Notes under the pieces: generated by a model
What the model was told of the DNA's origin: nothing
Seen by the model: the letters and a program-made list of their open reading frames with translations, nothing else
The model's database searches: none
Shown: positions 20,790 through 29,958 of the stretch, one piece after another
Layout of the letters: every line of letters starts with the position of its first letter
How positions within the stretch are numbered: position 1 is the stretch's first letter
Sequence record: MK250029.1
Length of the DNA: 32,000 nucleotides
Direction: 5' to 3' (one strand)
From: Prevotella phage Lak-C1
Position numbers and translations under genes: made by a program

Positions 20790-21440
20790 ATGGATCAAAT
20801 TACAAAAGAAAGAAATAAACAAGAGTTTATAGAGTTATTGAGAAGTACAAAAAGAGAAGGTATTGAAGATTTAATTAACTGGTTATCAGAGAAGTCTGAT
20901 TTCTTTGAAGCTCCATCATCTACAATTTACCATTGTAATTATCCTGGAGGTCTCTGCCAACATTCACTTAACGTTTATTATGCAGCACGAGACTTCTATG
21001 AGACTTATAAGAAACTATCTCTGCCAGAGAAAAATGTAGAGTCCATCCCAATGGAATCTATTATCATAACTGCACTTCTTCATGATTTATGTAAAGCAAA
21101 TAACTATAAGATTGTTGAGAAGTTTAAGAAAGATGAATCAAACCAATGGTTCAAATACTATTCATATCAGATTGATGAAAAACTTCCACTCGGTCATGCT
21201 CCAAAATCTATTTTTATTGCACAAACATTTATCAGACTTTCAGGCGAAGAATTATGCGCTATTATGTGGCATATGGGAATGTCTGATATTGGTGCATGGA
21301 TGAGTAATTACCAAAAACCTTCTATGCAAACATCATATACAAAAGTTCCACTTTCTGTATTAATTATGCAAGCAGACTTTTTCGCTTCATACTGTATGGA
21401 AAAAGAAGTAGATCAAACTGTTGAATGCAGAATTGGTTAA
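20790..21440 (+). CDS. HD-domain phosphohydrolase (YhaM-like)
   Basis: GGLCQHSLNVYYAAR, ALLHDLCKANNY, GHAPKSI, MWHMG, LIMQADFFASY. Confidence 0.85.
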   Translation: MDQITKERNKQEFIELLRSTKREGIEDLINWLSEKSDFFEAPSSTIYHCNYPGGLCQHSLNVYYAARDFYETYKKLSLPEKNVESIPMESIIITALLHDLCKANNYKIVEKFKKDESNQWFKYYSYQIDEKLPLGHAPKSIFIAQTFIRLSGEELCAIMWHMGMSDIGAWMSNYQKPSMQTSYTKVPLSVLIMQADFFASYCMEKEVDQTVECRIG

Positions 21441-21465
21441 AAATAAAAGAGAGATTAAATTGTTG

Positions 21466-21502
21466 ATATTTAATCTCTCTTTTTATATATTAAATTATAA
21501 CC
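21466..21502. terminator. Bidirectional terminator between convergent genes
   Basis: aaagagagattaaat-tgttgat-atttaatctctcttt, perfect 15-bp stem. Confidence 0.85.
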
Positions 21503-22237
21503 TCTTTCTTTCCAACGTTCTTCAATTGTATTTCTTCTTGTTATAATTTTATCATTAACATTATTTTCATTCTTATTCGCACATTCATTAGAACAATAAT
21601 GTCTAAACCCTTCACTGAATCTATAAAACTTAACATATTTTCCACATGTAGGACATACAGGACTTTTATTAATATGATTCTTCATTCGATATAAAATCTC
21701 CTGTATAACTGATTTATTCCTCTATAAATCATCATACCTATTCATCATGTAATCATATATACCAAATTGCTTTAACTTTTTATTTTTACAATATTCAGAT
21801 ATTAATCTGTCATCTTTAATCATTAAATTCAATACATATTCATCATCAATATTTTCTTTCTACTTTACATCAGTTAATTTATGTATTTTATTCGGATCAT
21901 TTAATGAACATTTATATGAACAATATTGATTATAACCATATAAAAATCCTCTGAATAATAAAGGAATCTCTTTACCACATGTTTTACAATATAAATGTAA
22001 ATCATCTGGTAATTTATAATATATCCTATATATGATTTCCTGTATATTTTTTACAGATTTAAATCTATTCATTAAATAATCATATAAACCATGATCTTTT
22101 AACCATGATTCTTTTATTCTACATGTATTTAATTGAATTTTATTGTTTCTAAATACTGTTAATTTATCTATTATAATCTGATCTGCCACTTCCATATTTT
22201 TTATATTAATAAATGTTAAAAATGTTTTAATAAACAA
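21470..22237 (-). CDS. Duplicated zinc-finger protein resembling DNA-binding parts of phage homing endonucleases, TAG-recoded
   Basis: Track ORFs 21860-22237 and 21470-21685 are one frame joined through TAG. Two tandem modules: YDYLMNRF..IQEIIYRI..YCKTCGK..FLYGYNQYCSYKCS and YDYMMNRY..IQEILYRM..VCPTCGK..FSEGFRHYCSNECANK. Confidence 0.75.
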
Positions 22238-22291
22238 ATAACATATTTTACTATATAATTTAAAATTTGAATTAGAATTTAATTGAAAAAC

Positions 22292-23125
22292 ATGGAAGAA
22301 AAGAAATATAAATTTTGTCAGATAGATCCAAATAATTGTACTGTTGAAGAACTTGAAGAAGAAGTAGAAAGACTTAAAAACTTAGGTGATTTTTACGAGA
22401 CTAAACAGTTGGCACTTAAGAAATTTATTAATAGTGTTTACGGAGCAACCGCGAGCAAGTATTTCATTGCACATAACACAGCTGTTGCGGAATCTATTAC
22501 ACTTCAGGGACAGGATTTGAATCATTATTCAGAGAATTCTGTTAATGCATATTTTAGTGGTATATTTCAGAATGATACTGAATTGCATAAGAAATTAGGT
22601 ATTGATTCAGAAAAAGCAAAAAAAGTAAGTATTGCCAAGGGTAAAACAACAGAAACAGGTACGTTAGATGGACCCGAGTTTTCATATCTTGACGGAAACC
22701 AATCATTAACCGTGGCTGGTGATACGGATAGTTAGCTTGGTTCAACACAATTCCGCGTTGATAATAACATAACTACAATGGAAGATTTCTTTATTAAAGC
22801 AAAATATGAGAATAATGATGTAGTTATAAAATTAACAAATGGATCTGAAATAATACCTGTTCATAATCATATGACTTTATCATATAAAGATCATGATTAT
22901 AAAACATCAGAACGGCCTATTAATTATATTATGCGTCATAAAGTAACTAAAGATAAGTTTAGATTAAAAACTAAATCTGGGAAAGAACTTATAGTCACAG
23001 GTGATCATAGTATAATGGTTATTCGTGATAATGAATTGATTTCATTACCTGCAAGAGAAATAAAAAAGTCGGATAAAATTATTACTATTGCGGGTGATAA
23101 TTTTACTAAAGCTGGAGATAAATAA
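22292..23125 (+). CDS. DNA polymerase B internal fragment (motif B to DTD of motif C) fused to N-terminal half of split intein, TAG-recoded
   Basis: LALKKFINSVYGATASKYF (KxxxNSxYG) ... LTVAGDTD | S-Q(TAG 22733)-LGSTQFRVDN...GSEIIPVHNHMTL...KSGKELIVTGDHSIMV (TxxH block B), then TAA TAA. Confidence 0.88.
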
Positions 23126-23148
23126 TAAAAATAATTTATATTAATAAT

Positions 23149-24285
23149 ATGCCAGCAAAAGCAAAGTATTTAAGTGAATAGGAAATAATTCAATATTGTA
23201 AAGATAATAATATAGATCCATCAATATGTTATTGTAAAGAGTGCGGTAAATTTCTTGCATATGATAATGCAGTATTTCATATAAATTCCGTTACTAAAAA
23301 AATAGTATGTGATGATAATAAGTTATCATTTTTAAGTACGAGAAATTATAATGGTAATGAATATCATTTATGTAGATGTTATGATTGCGTATGTGAGAAA
23401 TTTCCAAATTTTAAAGATGTAAGATTCAAATTTGCGCATAAAGCAGCGAAATATACTCAATATGGATTTGGTGTTCCTGATGAAGATTTTAAACCTGTAT
23501 GTGATGCAAGACAATCAGTAACTAAAGAAAAAATGATTAAGAAATATGGTATTACAGAAGGTACTGAAAGATGGAATTCTTATTGTAAGAAACAAGCAGA
23601 TTCTAATAAATTTGAATATAAGCATGAAAAACATGGGATGACATATGAAGAATATGATGAATATAATAAATCTCGAGCAGTTACATTAGATAATATGATA
23701 AAACGATATGGTGTTCAAGATGGATTATTTCATTGGAATCAATATGTAGAAAGATAGAGATATACTTGTACTTTAGAATATTTTATTGAAAAATATGGTG
23801 ATACAATAGGAATAGAAAAATATAATGACTTTGTAGAGAAACGAAATACTTCAAATAGATTATTTGGACCATCTGCTATATCATTAGAAATGTTTGATAA
23901 ATTAATTAAAAATTATAAAAATAATATAGTATATTATGATGAAAATGAATATAGTGTCCATACAAATAAACTGTGTTTATATCATGTAGATTATTATGAT
24001 AAAACATTAAATATTATTATAGAATTTTATGGTGATTTCTTTCATTTAAATCCTAAAATATACGATGCTGATTTTATATAGTTTAAACATCATGAAAAAG
24101 CAATATTAGCAAAAAATAGATGGTAGCATGATAAAGAACGTATAGATGATATTCAACAAACGTTGAATTGTAAGGTAATAATAGTTTGGGAATCTACATA
24201 TAAAAATGACAAGAAAGGTACTATTAATTCATTAATACAGATGATTAATAATAAAGAACAATTAAATGACATAACAGAAATATGA
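23149..24285 (+). CDS. Free-standing putative homing endonuclease, Vsr-like/EDxHD type, TAG-recoded, 378 aa
   Basis: Frame MPAKAKYLSEQ(TAG)EIIQYCKDNN... joins ORFs 23533 and 23890 through TAG. Zn-type CYCKECGKF, CRCYDCVC; nuclease-like YDKTLNIIIEFYGDFFHLNPKIYDADF...KNRWQHDKERIDDIQQTLNCKVIIVWESTY. Confidence 0.82.
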
Positions 24286-24524
24286 TACCATATCGATCTA
24301 AAATAACTATTATAAGAAACAGTAATTTTAAAAAGCATAATACATTATTAAATACTTTTTTGAAATTGATAGGAAGTAATTATCGTGATTTATATTATGC
24401 ATTAAATCATGATTTGAATTGTATTACAATGAATGACAGATCAGAGATAAATGATAATCAAATTATATATGCGAAATATTTAGGTATTGACATTATTGAT
24501 GAATCACTTAAGAGAATTAGTTAA
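24282..24524 (+). CDS. Small hypothetical protein, ATGA-overlapping the endonuclease gene
   Basis: MIPYRSKITIIRNSNFKKHNTLLNTFLKLIG..., TAA stop. Confidence 0.5.
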   Translation: MIPYRSKITIIRNSNFKKHNTLLNTFLKLIGSNYRDLYYALNHDLNCITMNDRSEINDNQIIYAKYLGIDIIDESLKRIS

Positions 24525-24615
24525 ATAGTATTATCGTGAAAAGTATTTCAATGAAGAAAATAATAAACTAATATTACAATATATTATATAAAATATATAA
24601 TTAACAAAAGAAAAG

Positions 24616-25590
24616 ATGAATTACGATATACAAATAGAAGATATTGATGTAATAGAGCAATTAGAAGATTTCAATGATGAGTATGTATATGATATTGAAG
24701 TAGATGATACTCATACATTCTTTGCAAATGATATTCTTGCTCACAATTCAATATACGTAGAGTTTGGAAGAATTTGCCAACAATTAGATATTCCGGAGTC
24801 TGAATGTGCACAGTTTGTTGTTAATCTTTGGAATTATGGTTGTGGACCATATATGCAACAGAAATATGAAGAGTATGCGAAGAAATATAATTGTGATGTA
24901 AATATTCAGAATTTGGAGTTAGAGAAAATTGCGGATACAACAATTTTAACATCAAAGAAACATTATGCAATGGCAGAATGCTTTAAGGAACCTAATATTT
25001 TCTTGGAACCAATGGAGGAAGTTGTTTATAAGGGTTTGGAAATTGTTCAAGGATCTACACCGCCATTTGCACGTGAATGTCAGAAAGATTTTACGCGTTA
25101 TATGTTGCAGTGGTATCAAACACATAAAGAACGCCCACCTTATGAAGAAATTATATCTCGTATTAAGGGTTATAAACAGCAATTTTTATTTAAAGATCCT
25201 GCTGATATTTCAAAGGGAAGTTCAATAGGAAATTATCAGAAATTTGTATTGGATGATAAGAATAAGTTAGTGTTTGGTGAACATTGTCCTATTCAGGTTA
25301 AAGCTTCAGGAATTGCTAATTTTATTTTAAATCAGCCAAAGAATAAGAAATATAAGGTTAAATATAATCCTATTAAAACAGCAGATAAAGTAAAGTGGTA
25401 TTATGCAAAAGATAGAACATATGATTGTTTTGCATTTTTGCCAGGGGCTTATCCGATTGAGTATGCACCGGAGATTGATTATGATAAGCAGTTTGAGAAA
25501 ATGATTCTTGAGCCTTGTAATCGTATTATTAAAATTATCGGTTATACGACATTAACATCTAATTTATGTTATACTGCTGCACTTTGGTAA
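24616..25590 (+). CDS. C-terminal half of split intein + C-terminal DNA polymerase B
   Basis: MNYDIQIEDIDVIEQLEDFNDEYVYDIEVDDTHTFFANDILAHN | SIYVEFGRICQQL... : block F/G-like sequence ending HN|S, then the extein continuing DTD|SIYVEF, and downstream TTILTSKKHYAM, GLEIVQGSTPPFARE, KASGIANFIL. Confidence 0.88.
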   Translation: MNYDIQIEDIDVIEQLEDFNDEYVYDIEVDDTHTFFANDILAHNSIYVEFGRICQQLDIPESECAQFVVNLWNYGCGPYMQQKYEEYAKKYNCDVNIQNLELEKIADTTILTSKKHYAMAECFKEPNIFLEPMEEVVYKGLEIVQGSTPPFARECQKDFTRYMLQWYQTHKERPPYEEIISRIKGYKQQFLFKDPADISKGSSIGNYQKFVLDDKNKLVFGEHCPIQVKASGIANFILNQPKNKKYKVKYNPIKTADKVKWYYAKDRTYDCFAFLPGAYPIEYAPEIDYDKQFEKMILEPCNRIIKIIGYTTLTSNLCYTAALW

Positions 25591-25617
25591 TTTTTATAAT
25601 TAAAATATTTTAATAAA

Positions 25618-26043
25618 ATGACGGAAAACGAAATAATAGATGCTATATCATTTATTAATGCACATAAAGATATAGTTGGATATAATATAGCAAGAAAAGC
25701 AACTGAGTTGATTTATAAATATAATGGTTATCCAGATTTGGATGATATTGAACATAAGAGATTATATGATTTTTATGAAAAACATAAAGAAGTATGTAAA
25801 GGTGGAGATTCATATAGATTAATTGAATTATATACATGTGGATTTACTAATACTTATGTATGTAATGTATGTAATGAATCATATGATTATACTAATTATG
25901 ATAAAGAATGTTGGTCTGATGGAAAGAGAGAGAAATTACCATTTTCGTTTATTGAAGTTGGTACAGGTATCGGACCATGTATAACTATAGTATGTACAGA
26001 AAATAATGATTCTAAAGATATTACAGATATTGATTCATGGTAA
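25618..26043 (+). CDS. Hypothetical protein
   Basis: Complete 141-aa ORF with CNVCNESYDY. Confidence 0.7.
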   Translation: MTENEIIDAISFINAHKDIVGYNIARKATELIYKYNGYPDLDDIEHKRLYDFYEKHKEVCKGGDSYRLIELYTCGFTNTYVCNVCNESYDYTNYDKECWSDGKREKLPFSFIEVGTGIGPCITIVCTENNDSKDITDIDSW

Positions 26044-26073
26044 TAAAAAATAAATTATTTAATATAAAGATAT

Positions 26074-26334
26074 ATGAGATTAATTAAGATTGGTGCTGAA
26101 TGGTGTGGTCCATGCGGTGTAATGGATAAGAGATTGGAAAATTTCAATGCATGCGACTACGTTAAATATGATGTTGATAATGAAGACGAGGAAACACTTG
26201 CAGTAATAGATAAGTATAATGTAAGAAATGTTCCGGTTATTATTTTGGAAGGTGATAATGGTGATGAACTTAAGAAATGGGTTGGTCTTGTATCACTAAA
26301 TGATATTAATGCGGAAGTTGAAAAAAATAAGTAA
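26074..26334 (+). CDS. Thioredoxin-like protein
   Basis: GAEWCGPCGVMDKRL, VRNVPVIIL. Confidence 0.88.
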   Translation: MRLIKIGAEWCGPCGVMDKRLENFNACDYVKYDVDNEDEETLAVIDKYNVRNVPVIILEGDNGDELKKWVGLVSLNDINAEVEKNK

Positions 26335-26338
26335 TAAA

Positions 26339-26494
26339 ATGGGAGAAGAACTCACTAATGAAAATAGTGTTATATGTCAGTATTGTAATAAACCATATTT
26401 TTTTCTTTCTATGAAATGTCCATTTTGTGGTAAGTATAGAAATGATGGTTATTTAATATTTACTGTACCTATTAAAGATAATGAAGGATATTAA
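26339..26494 (+). CDS. Small zinc-ribbon protein
   Basis: MGEELTNENSVICQYCNKPYFFLSMKCPFCGKYRNDGY; ATG at 26339 preferred over the track start. Confidence 0.65.
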   Translation: MGEELTNENSVICQYCNKPYFFLSMKCPFCGKYRNDGYLIFTVPIKDNEGY

Positions 26495-26512
26495 CATACA
26501 GTTAATATCCTT
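26484..26512 (+). terminator. Terminator overlapping stop codon
   Basis: aaggatattaac-ataca-gttaatatcctt then T run. Confidence 0.8.
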
Positions 26513-26585
26513 TTTTATTTAATAAAACTTTTAATTTATTATCGTATATAATATTTGTAACAGAATTTTAATTAAACTTTAAATA

Positions 26586-28508
26586 ATGAATATCATAGAC
26601 AATATTAATGAGAAAATAAATCCATGTGATGACTTTTATAATTATGCTACAGGAAATTGGATAAAGAATAATCCACAACCTGATGAATATCCAACATGGA
26701 ATGTATTTACAAAAATAGAAGAAGATAATATCGATAGGATTAGAGATATTATTACATCATCAAAAACTGATTCATCTGTAATTAATCACAAGATTAATGA
26801 TTGTTATAATATTATTATGAATTATGATAAAAGAAATAAAGATGGGAAGAAACCATTGATTTCTTATATCAATGAACATGTAAATAATCTTAAAACAAAT
26901 ATGGATGTAATTCTTGAATCTGCACGAAATAATATTGAAATGTTTTTTGATACAGGGTTACAACCAGATAGTAAGGGATCAGGTAAATATGAAGTTGCTA
27001 TATATCAGGATGGATTAGGTTTAGGAAATAAAGATTACTATTTGAAAGATACTGAAGAAAATCGAAAATATATGAATGCATATTCACAATATATTATTGA
27101 TTTATATGAATATCTGTATAATGATAATAATATTGCGTTAATGGAAAATAATAAGATATTATCAATAGAAAATTTATTGGCACCTGATTCATATTCAGTA
27201 GAAGAACTTCAAGATCCTATACTTAATTATAATAGAATATCTGTTAATGAATTATCAGAAAAAACATGTTTTGATTGGCGATTATATTTAGATACATTAG
27301 GTTATACAGAAACAAATGAAGTTATTGTAAGTAATATTGAATTTTTAAAGTGTGCATGTAAACTTCTCTTAACATTAGATACTTCTTATTTAAAGACTTT
27401 TTATGAATGGCAGGTAATTAATATTGCTGCAACAAAACTTGATGATAAAATATATGACTTAGTGTTTAAGTATAGTCAGGTATTTACAGGTGCAAAAGTA
27501 CAGTATCCGAAAGAAAAAAGAGCAATTAATAAGATTAATAGTGTTTTTTCCGAAGTCATCGGACAAATTTATGTTAAAAAGTATTTTAATAAAGATTCAA
27601 AGAATGATGTTATTAATATTATTGAAAATTTAAAGTCATCATTTGAAACTATTATAAATAGTCAAACATGGATGAGTAATGAAACAAAAGAAAAAGCATT
27701 AGATAAATTACATGCAATGAAACTTAAAATAGGGTATCCAGATAAATTTGAAGATTTTTCTGATATTCCTATTGATATTAATTTAACATATTTTGAAAAT
27801 TCATTAAATATTCAGGAATATTTTAGAAAGAAAAATATGGAAAAACATTATAATAAGGAAATTGATTATAATGAATGGTATATGGATCCACAGACTATTA
27901 ATGCTTATTATGATTGTATTCAAAATGAGATTTGCTTTCCTGCTGGTATTCTTCAATATCCATTTTATGATCCTAATAGAGATCCTGAATATAATTATGG
28001 AGCAATAGGTACAATTATTGCACATGAAATGACACATGCTTTTGATAATCATGGACGACATTATGATAAACATGGTATATTGAATGACTGGTGGACTGAA
28101 AGTGATTCTAATAAATTCAATGAATTAACAGATATAACAAAAGAACGGTTTAATAATCTTGAAGCTTTACCAGGATTAAAATGTGATGGTTCATTAACAT
28201 TGGGTGAAAATATAGCAGATTATGGAGGATTGAAGATTGCATATTATGCATGTAAAAATATTATGAAACCAGGAATATGTACAACAAAAATTTGGGAACA
28301 TAAATTCTTTTTAGCATATGCAAATAATTGGTCTGAAATTACAACTGATGAAGCTATTAAGAATCTGGTCGCAAATAATGAACATACTATTAATCGATTA
28401 CGTGTAAATGGAACATTACCTATGTTTACACCTTGGATAGATTATTATAATGTAAAAAAGACAAATAAATTGTATTTGGATATAGACAAACGTGCAAAAA
28501 TTTGGTAA
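26586..28508 (+). CDS. M13-family (neprilysin/PepO-like) zinc metallopeptidase, 640 aa
   Basis: N-terminal INPCDDFYNYATGNWIKNN; NAYYDCIQNEICFPAGILQYPFYDP; NYGAIGTIIAHEMTHAFDNHGRHYDKHGILNDWW; LTLGENIADYGGLKIAY; HKFFLAYANNW; RLRVNGTLPMF. Confidence 0.95.
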   Translation: MNIIDNINEKINPCDDFYNYATGNWIKNNPQPDEYPTWNVFTKIEEDNIDRIRDIITSSKTDSSVINHKINDCYNIIMNYDKRNKDGKKPLISYINEHVNNLKTNMDVILESARNNIEMFFDTGLQPDSKGSGKYEVAIYQDGLGLGNKDYYLKDTEENRKYMNAYSQYIIDLYEYLYNDNNIALMENNKILSIENLLAPDSYSVEELQDPILNYNRISVNELSEKTCFDWRLYLDTLGYTETNEVIVSNIEFLKCACKLLLTLDTSYLKTFYEWQVINIAATKLDDKIYDLVFKYSQVFTGAKVQYPKEKRAINKINSVFSEVIGQIYVKKYFNKDSKNDVINIIENLKSSFETIINSQTWMSNETKEKALDKLHAMKLKIGYPDKFEDFSDIPIDINLTYFENSLNIQEYFRKKNMEKHYNKEIDYNEWYMDPQTINAYYDCIQNEICFPAGILQYPFYDPNRDPEYNYGAIGTIIAHEMTHAFDNHGRHYDKHGILNDWWTESDSNKFNELTDITKERFNNLEALPGLKCDGSLTLGENIADYGGLKIAYYACKNIMKPGICTTKIWEHKFFLAYANNWSEITTDEAIKNLVANNEHTINRLRVNGTLPMFTPWIDYYNVKKTNKLYLDIDKRAKIW

Positions 28509-28528
28509 ATAAAATAAAAACATATAAT

Positions 28529-28777
28529 ATGAGTACAATTATTACTTCAACGTTATTGGTACTATTTGTGTTGTTGTTTATCATGCTTATTGTAATTTCC
28601 GGTCGTATGAGACGTGATTATGAAGATAAGTTACAGATGGAGGAACAGCAAGGAAAAGAAGCATTTAGTGCTGATGTTATAAAGGAACAAGAGAACTCAC
28701 ATACAATTAATATTTCTTCAGAAGAATTATCTAATGAAGTAGAGGATGTGAGTATTGTAAATTTTAAGATTAAGTAA
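28529..28777 (+). CDS. Small single-TM protein
   Basis: MSTIITSTLLVLFVLLFIMLIVISGRMRRDYEDKLQMEEQQ...; ATG preferred over the track start at 28502. Confidence 0.65.
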   Translation: MSTIITSTLLVLFVLLFIMLIVISGRMRRDYEDKLQMEEQQGKEAFSADVIKEQENSHTINISSEELSNEVEDVSIVNFKIK

Positions 28778-28813
28778 AACGAGAATTATTAATAATAAAA
28801 TAAGTTAGAAATT

Positions 28814-29275
28814 ATGATGGAATCTGTTATTGCAATCAGTGTAGGTTTCTTTATTATGATGTGTATTATTATAAAGTTTATAGTAATTAATAATATTCAT
28901 GATATTCCTGATATTGTAGATAATACAGATGATGATATTTAGAATACCTTGAAATAGGATGTTCAATATAAGAGTGTATAGGATGTTGATGGCATAGATG
29001 ATATATCTATTAATAGTATTGATGTAAATATTGATACTGATATTATTAATCATGATTTAACATTTAATAATAATGATGATGAGACATCTGATGATGATAT
29101 ACAATAGTTAATGCTTTTAATAGAACCTATAGAAGATAATATTAAACAAGTTTCTGAGAATAATAGCAATATATTCTCAGAAACTTCTCGTATATTAAAT
29201 TTTAGTGCAAAACATGAAAAAGAAATAGATTTATCTGGTACTACTTTAATTTCATTAAGATCTATTAAACAATAA
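28814..29275 (+). CDS. Hypothetical N-terminally membrane-anchored acidic protein, TAG-recoded, 153 aa
   Basis: Frame MMESVIAISVGFFIMMCIIIKFIVINNIHDIPDIVDNTDDDIQNTLKQDVQYKSVQDV... contains 4 TAG, ends TAA 29273. Not in the ORF track. Confidence 0.7.
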
Positions 29276-29324
29276 TAGTAATTTTTTGTATAATATTTAA
29301 ATGAAAATCTAATTGAAATTAAAT

Positions 29325-29885
29325 ATGAGTTATACTTATAATGAAACACGTACAGATATGCCTGTATATGATGAAGGTACTCGTACGAAAGAAGATAAGG
29401 ATATTATCTTTGTAACAACTTAGTCTGATAAGGTAAAAACAGATATTGAAGAAGATGAACCATGTGGCGAACCTTGCGGTGATCCTGTGGATAAATCTTT
29501 TAATGTACCTATTAAAGAAAATAAACTTTAGCCACTAAAACCTAATAAGATTGTATTTAAGGAACAAGCTTAGATTTCTCATAAGAAAGAAGCAAACCCT
29601 ATCTTTAATACAGATAATTTAAATGTGGTTGAGCATCCAAATCATTATGGTGCAGGAAACGGAGGTTTGCAATGTATTGAAGCAATGCTTTAGACTTTCG
29701 GTAAAAATGCAACAATGGATTTTTGTAAATTGAATGCATTTAAATATATTTGGAGATCTGATCATAAAGATAAGGAAGTTCAGGATATGGAGAAAGCAAA
29801 GAGATACCTTGAGTATTGGCATGTACTTGCAAAACTTAGTGGTAATTCAGATGATGGTTCATTCCATGCATATCTTAATAATTAA
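29325..29885 (+). CDS. DUF3310-family protein, TAG-recoded, 186 aa
   Basis: Frame with 4 in-frame TAG; C-terminal VVEHPNHYGAGNGGLQCIEAMLQTFGKNATMDFCKLNAFKYIWRSDHKDKEVQDMEKAKRYLEYW; missing from the ORF track. Confidence 0.85.
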
Positions 29886-29937
29886 AAATATTTTTTAAAT
29901 TGTTAATACTTTATTTTTTTATTTAGGAAATATAGTG

Positions 29938-29945
29938 TATCTTTG
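29938..29945 (+). promoter_or_regulatory. Bacteroidota-type -7 box
   Basis: TGTATCTTTG 13 nt upstream of ATG 29959. Confidence 0.6.
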
Positions 29946-29958
29946 TATTGTAAAAATA

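Noticed and set aside
22736-24615. Group I or group II intron in the polymerase gene
   Set aside because: The intervening sequence begins and ends with in-frame intein-like protein motifs (TGDHS block, VYDIEV...HN|S), and the downstream half has its own ATG. That fits a split protein intein better than an RNA intron.
23126-24615. Simple assembly error or frameshift breaking one contiguous intein-containing polymerase
   Set aside because: Both sides have clean boundaries: TAA TAA, then ATG-initiated genes in different frames with intergenic spacers. This is hard to explain by one indel. Read-level confirmation is still advised.
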